Shown one piece after another: positions 61,231-64,000 of a stretch of 64,000 nucleotides of DNA. Below the pieces are notes generated by a model. It ran no database searches. It had not been told where the DNA came from and was given only the letters and a program-made list of their open reading frames with translations. The stretch is from Spirochaetia bacterium (GTDB lineage Bacteria; Spirochaetota; Spirochaetia; UBA9216): positions 352,001-416,000 of the forward strand of contig OZ223267.1 in the NCBI GenBank assembly GCA_965140585.1, given 5' to 3'. Made by a program: the position numbers and the translations under genes. How positions within the stretch are numbered: the first letter of the stretch is position 1; the number at the start of each line of letters is the position of its first letter.

Positions 61231-61365
61231 TCAGATGATTTTACAGCCTGTATTTTCAATTATCAATTAATAAACTGATTTTTTGTACGATAATTCTAAA
61301 AATATTAATATTATGATCATTGCAGGATAAAGAAAGAATGAATAGAATTGTAATTGGAGGACTAA

Positions 61366-61764
61366 ATGAAGTCTCTGATAGTTGAAGATGACCTTGCCAG
61401 CAGACTGATTTTACAGGAAATGCTGAGTAACTTCGGGCCGGTTCATACTGCAGTAAACGGCAAAGAGGGGCTGCAGCTTTTTAAACGATCAATAGAAAAA
61501 AATGATAAATACAAACTGATATGTCTAGATATAATGATGCCGGAGATGGACGGGCAGCAGGTTCTTAAGGAAATTCGTGAAATTGAAGCCTCCGAATCCG
61601 CAGAACACTTCAGGCGAACGAAGGTGTTTATGGTTACAGCTTTGGGCGATGTTGAGAGTGTAATGAAATCCTTCTACGAGCTCTGTGACGGTTATCTGCT
61701 AAAACCTGTTACAAAAGAGAAGCTGCTGAAGGAACTGAAAAAAGTAAGACTGATTGCCGGATAA
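61366..61764 (+). CDS. Single-domain response regulator
   Basis: IVEDD, LDIMMPEMDG, VTAL, LLKP. Confidence 0.9.
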   Translation: MKSLIVEDDLASRLILQEMLSNFGPVHTAVNGKEGLQLFKRSIEKNDKYKLICLDIMMPEMDGQQVLKEIREIEASESAEHFRRTKVFMVTALGDVESVMKSFYELCDGYLLKPVTKEKLLKELKKVRLIAG

Positions 61765-61772
61765 TCCAGCAG

Positions 61773-62762
61773 TCAGAGTTTCTTTAATTGATCTCTTCTG
61801 CCGCGATAGGCAAGAATCGGTCCGTCTCCCTGCAGAAGATTTTCTTTCATTTTAAGTTCCGTTTTTTTCGGCAGCTGAGTATGCACAACCCTCCTGTCCT
61901 GGTGGGTAATTATCTTACTGAAAAACATTCCGAATCCGTTTACGACTTCTCTCAATACCGGCACCATCATAAATTTTTGATAGAATCTCAAATAGAGAAG
62001 GGTATGATCTTCATCAACCGGAACAAAGGCAATAAAGATCCTGGCCTTATCAGTCAGCCAGTTCTGCCAGATATGCGGAAAGCGGAAGTGTAGATGCTGC
62101 TGTCCTTCCTGCGGCTCAGGTGCTTCTTCCGGTTTTTCGGGAATCTGTCCCTCATCAACAGCATTATATACCCAGACATTCATTTCATTATCACTGATCT
62201 TTACCCTGGGGCCGTTCACCAGTGTCTTGTTTCCGGCCCCTATCGTGTTGTGATGAACAAAGGGAAGGTGAAGAACATCAAGCTGATTTTCTATGCATCT
62301 GGAGTAGTGGCAGAGCCAGGGATCAATCCAGTTTTTATAGCTGAAGCTGTCGTCGATATCCTCGAAAAACGGCAGGTCCGGAAATGCCGGGTCAACATCA
62401 CCTGCACTCAAGCTGTCACTCCAGAAGAGCCATATCATGCCTGCTTTTTCCCTGGTTTTGTAGGATTTGGTGTGGAAATTTTCAGGAACCGGGTTCTGTT
62501 TTCCGTTGCCCGGAATAAGAATGCATGTTCCCTTACTGTCAAATTCGAGTCCGTGAAAGGGGCACTGCGGATGTCCCTCATGTATCTTCCCGGCCGATAT
62601 TGATGCTCCTCTATGCGGACATTTATCTGCAATACAGGAAACCTTACCAGTGGTACCGTCTCTCCAGAAAGCAAGTTTTTCTCCAAGCCTTACCACTCCG
62701 GTAATACGGCTGGGTTTAACCTCTTTACTGTAAAGAACTGCATACCACTGGTTTTTTATCAT
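61773..62762 (-). CDS. Rieske non-heme iron oxygenase alpha subunit
   Basis: CPHRG...CPFHG Rieske motif; ENQLDVLHLPFVH and QD iron ligands. Confidence 0.9.
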   Translation of the reverse strand: MIKNQWYAVLYSKEVKPSRITGVVRLGEKLAFWRDGTTGKVSCIADKCPHRGASISAGKIHEGHPQCPFHGLEFDSKGTCILIPGNGKQNPVPENFHTKSYKTREKAGMIWLFWSDSLSAGDVDPAFPDLPFFEDIDDSFSYKNWIDPWLCHYSRCIENQLDVLHLPFVHHNTIGAGNKTLVNGPRVKISDNEMNVWVYNAVDEGQIPEKPEEAPEPQEGQQHLHFRFPHIWQNWLTDKARIFIAFVPVDEDHTLLYLRFYQKFMMVPVLREVVNGFGMFFSKIITHQDRRVVHTQLPKKTELKMKENLLQGDGPILAYRGRRDQLKKL

Positions 62763-62768
62763 TTCTTC

Positions 62769-63626
62769 CTACCTCAGAGTTAATCCGAGTGTCAGGGATG
62801 TAGTTGCAAGATAATTGGCTGTGGCATCCTCAACACTGTCTGTCCAGTATAGATCAGGATATTCACTTACGCCATCTGCACTTCCGCCGAGGAACCGAAA
62901 GTTCATGAAAAGATCGATATTATTTTTCAGTGTATAACCTCCCCGAAGCGAGGCATCAAGCAGCGAGCCTGAAAAATCGAAGTTTGCACCGTTAATAAAA
63001 GCTGATGATGCATATATTCCGGTTATATCAGTCAGCGCATAGAACCCATTGTTAAACTGGTAGCGGGCGTACAGATTAAGTGCCGGTACAGGCCCGAGGT
63101 TCTGGCTGACAGTCATCTGCTCGCCATCCTGCTGTTTAAATACTATAGAAGCATCACGAAGCTGAAGTGCAGCTCCGGCAGCAAGATCGATTCGATCGCT
63201 TTTAAAAAAGTCATAGGCATAGGTTATTCTGTAGAATGGAAAACCGTATGACAGCTCCATCGGTGTTCCAGACAGGAAGGTTACATTATCTACGGTTACA
63301 TCATCCTTGAATGTGACTTCTGTCACTACTTCAAGGGGTTGATAGAGAAAACTTATCCTGTGCTGATCAGCTATGACCATACCTGCATTGAATCTCTGAA
63401 TGGGGAAGAGTATTTCCTGCCCTCCCTGTATTACAAAGTCAAAGGTTGTTCCTGTTCCTTCTGTTTCTGAACCTATAAGTATTGTATGATAGTTGACTTT
63501 TACAGTTCCAAGCTCTGATTCGAGAAAGAATTTAAAATTTGAATCGTCCCGGTTTATAAGAGACTGCTGGGCAGATAGTGAAAGCGGTATAAAGATAATT
63601 ACAAATAAAAGTATTAGTTTTTTCAT
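62769..63626 (-). CDS. Putative outer-membrane beta-barrel protein
   Basis: Signal peptide; alternating strands (YRITYAYDF, LNLYARYQF); terminal SLTLGLTLR. Confidence 0.65.
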   Translation of the reverse strand: MKKLILLFVIIFIPLSLSAQQSLINRDDSNFKFFLESELGTVKVNYHTILIGSETEGTGTTFDFVIQGGQEILFPIQRFNAGMVIADQHRISFLYQPLEVVTEVTFKDDVTVDNVTFLSGTPMELSYGFPFYRITYAYDFFKSDRIDLAAGAALQLRDASIVFKQQDGEQMTVSQNLGPVPALNLYARYQFNNGFYALTDITGIYASSAFINGANFDFSGSLLDASLRGGYTLKNNIDLFMNFRFLGGSADGVSEYPDLYWTDSVEDATANYLATTSLTLGLTLR

Positions 63627-63773
63627 ATATATCCTCCAATTATATTAATGATAATAAATATAAAACTATAAGTAAAAAGAAAATAGTTAAAAAATCGGAT
63701 GAATAGTGGGGAAAGCTTGTTTTAATAATTACTTTTCTGCTAATATTTCTCATTATTTTTACGGGAGTGTAAA

Positions 63774-64000
63774 TTGATTATTATTTCCGCTATTGCTTCA
63801 CTGATTACATGGCTTGAAATAGTTATCGGAGCAATATTGTTTATTCCGATTCAGACCGTCTTATTTCTGCTGACCGCCCCATTTGATAAAAAGCGGCGCA
63901 TACTTCATTATAACTCTTCAATTCTGTGCTTAATTCTGCTTGCCGTAATTCCTATCTGGCGTCTGAAGATTAACGGAAAAGAGTACCTGGACAGAAAGAA
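63774..64000 (+). CDS. Lysophospholipid acyltransferase (PlsC-like), N-terminal part
   Basis: Manual translation MIIISAIAS...LTAPFDKKRRILH...PIWRLKINGKEYLDRK, typical PlsC N-terminus; catalytic motif lies outside the window. Confidence 0.6.
   Translation, partial: MIIISAIASLITWLEIVIGAILFIPIQTVLFLLTAPFDKKRRILHYNSSILCLILLAVIPIWRLKINGKEYLDRK

Overview
Chromosomal segment of a Spirochaetales bacterium, probably a free-living fermentative Spirochaetaceae (PlzA-type PilZ protein, P83/100 family protein, TDE2508-like OMP, tandem Crp pair). From 1 to ~44 kb it is mostly intact core genome: plzA, 6S RNA, zapA/zapB, rplT-rpmI-infC, lysine-riboswitch lysC, JAB-DinG helicase, groES, an RpoS-like sigma factor, ppdK, add, PBP1A, queH, an hfs/hydS-hydCBA [FeFe]-hydrogenase cluster, Fe-ADH, uup, a membrane-extended NDH-2, a polyprenyl synthase and ispH. 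From ~44 to 56 kb is a decaying accessory islet with two intact membrane-anchored AraC regulators and a broken MCP, OMP and surface lipoproteins. From 56 to 64 kb are transport, regulatory and redox genes. Best leads: (1) a candidate ~90-nt sigma28-driven sRNA with an anti-Shine-Dalgarno loop; (2) an Ndh2-like enzyme with three DxxSAAS flavinylation-like repeats in a predicted extracytoplasmic loop, next to quinone-tail genes; (3) a HydB with NADP-type substitutions; (4) a sigma54 promoter plus enhancer ahead of the RpoS-like gene; (5) a thrice-repeated AraC-type operator; (6) frequent leaderless gene starts. All calls come from motif reading by eye; no database searches were run.
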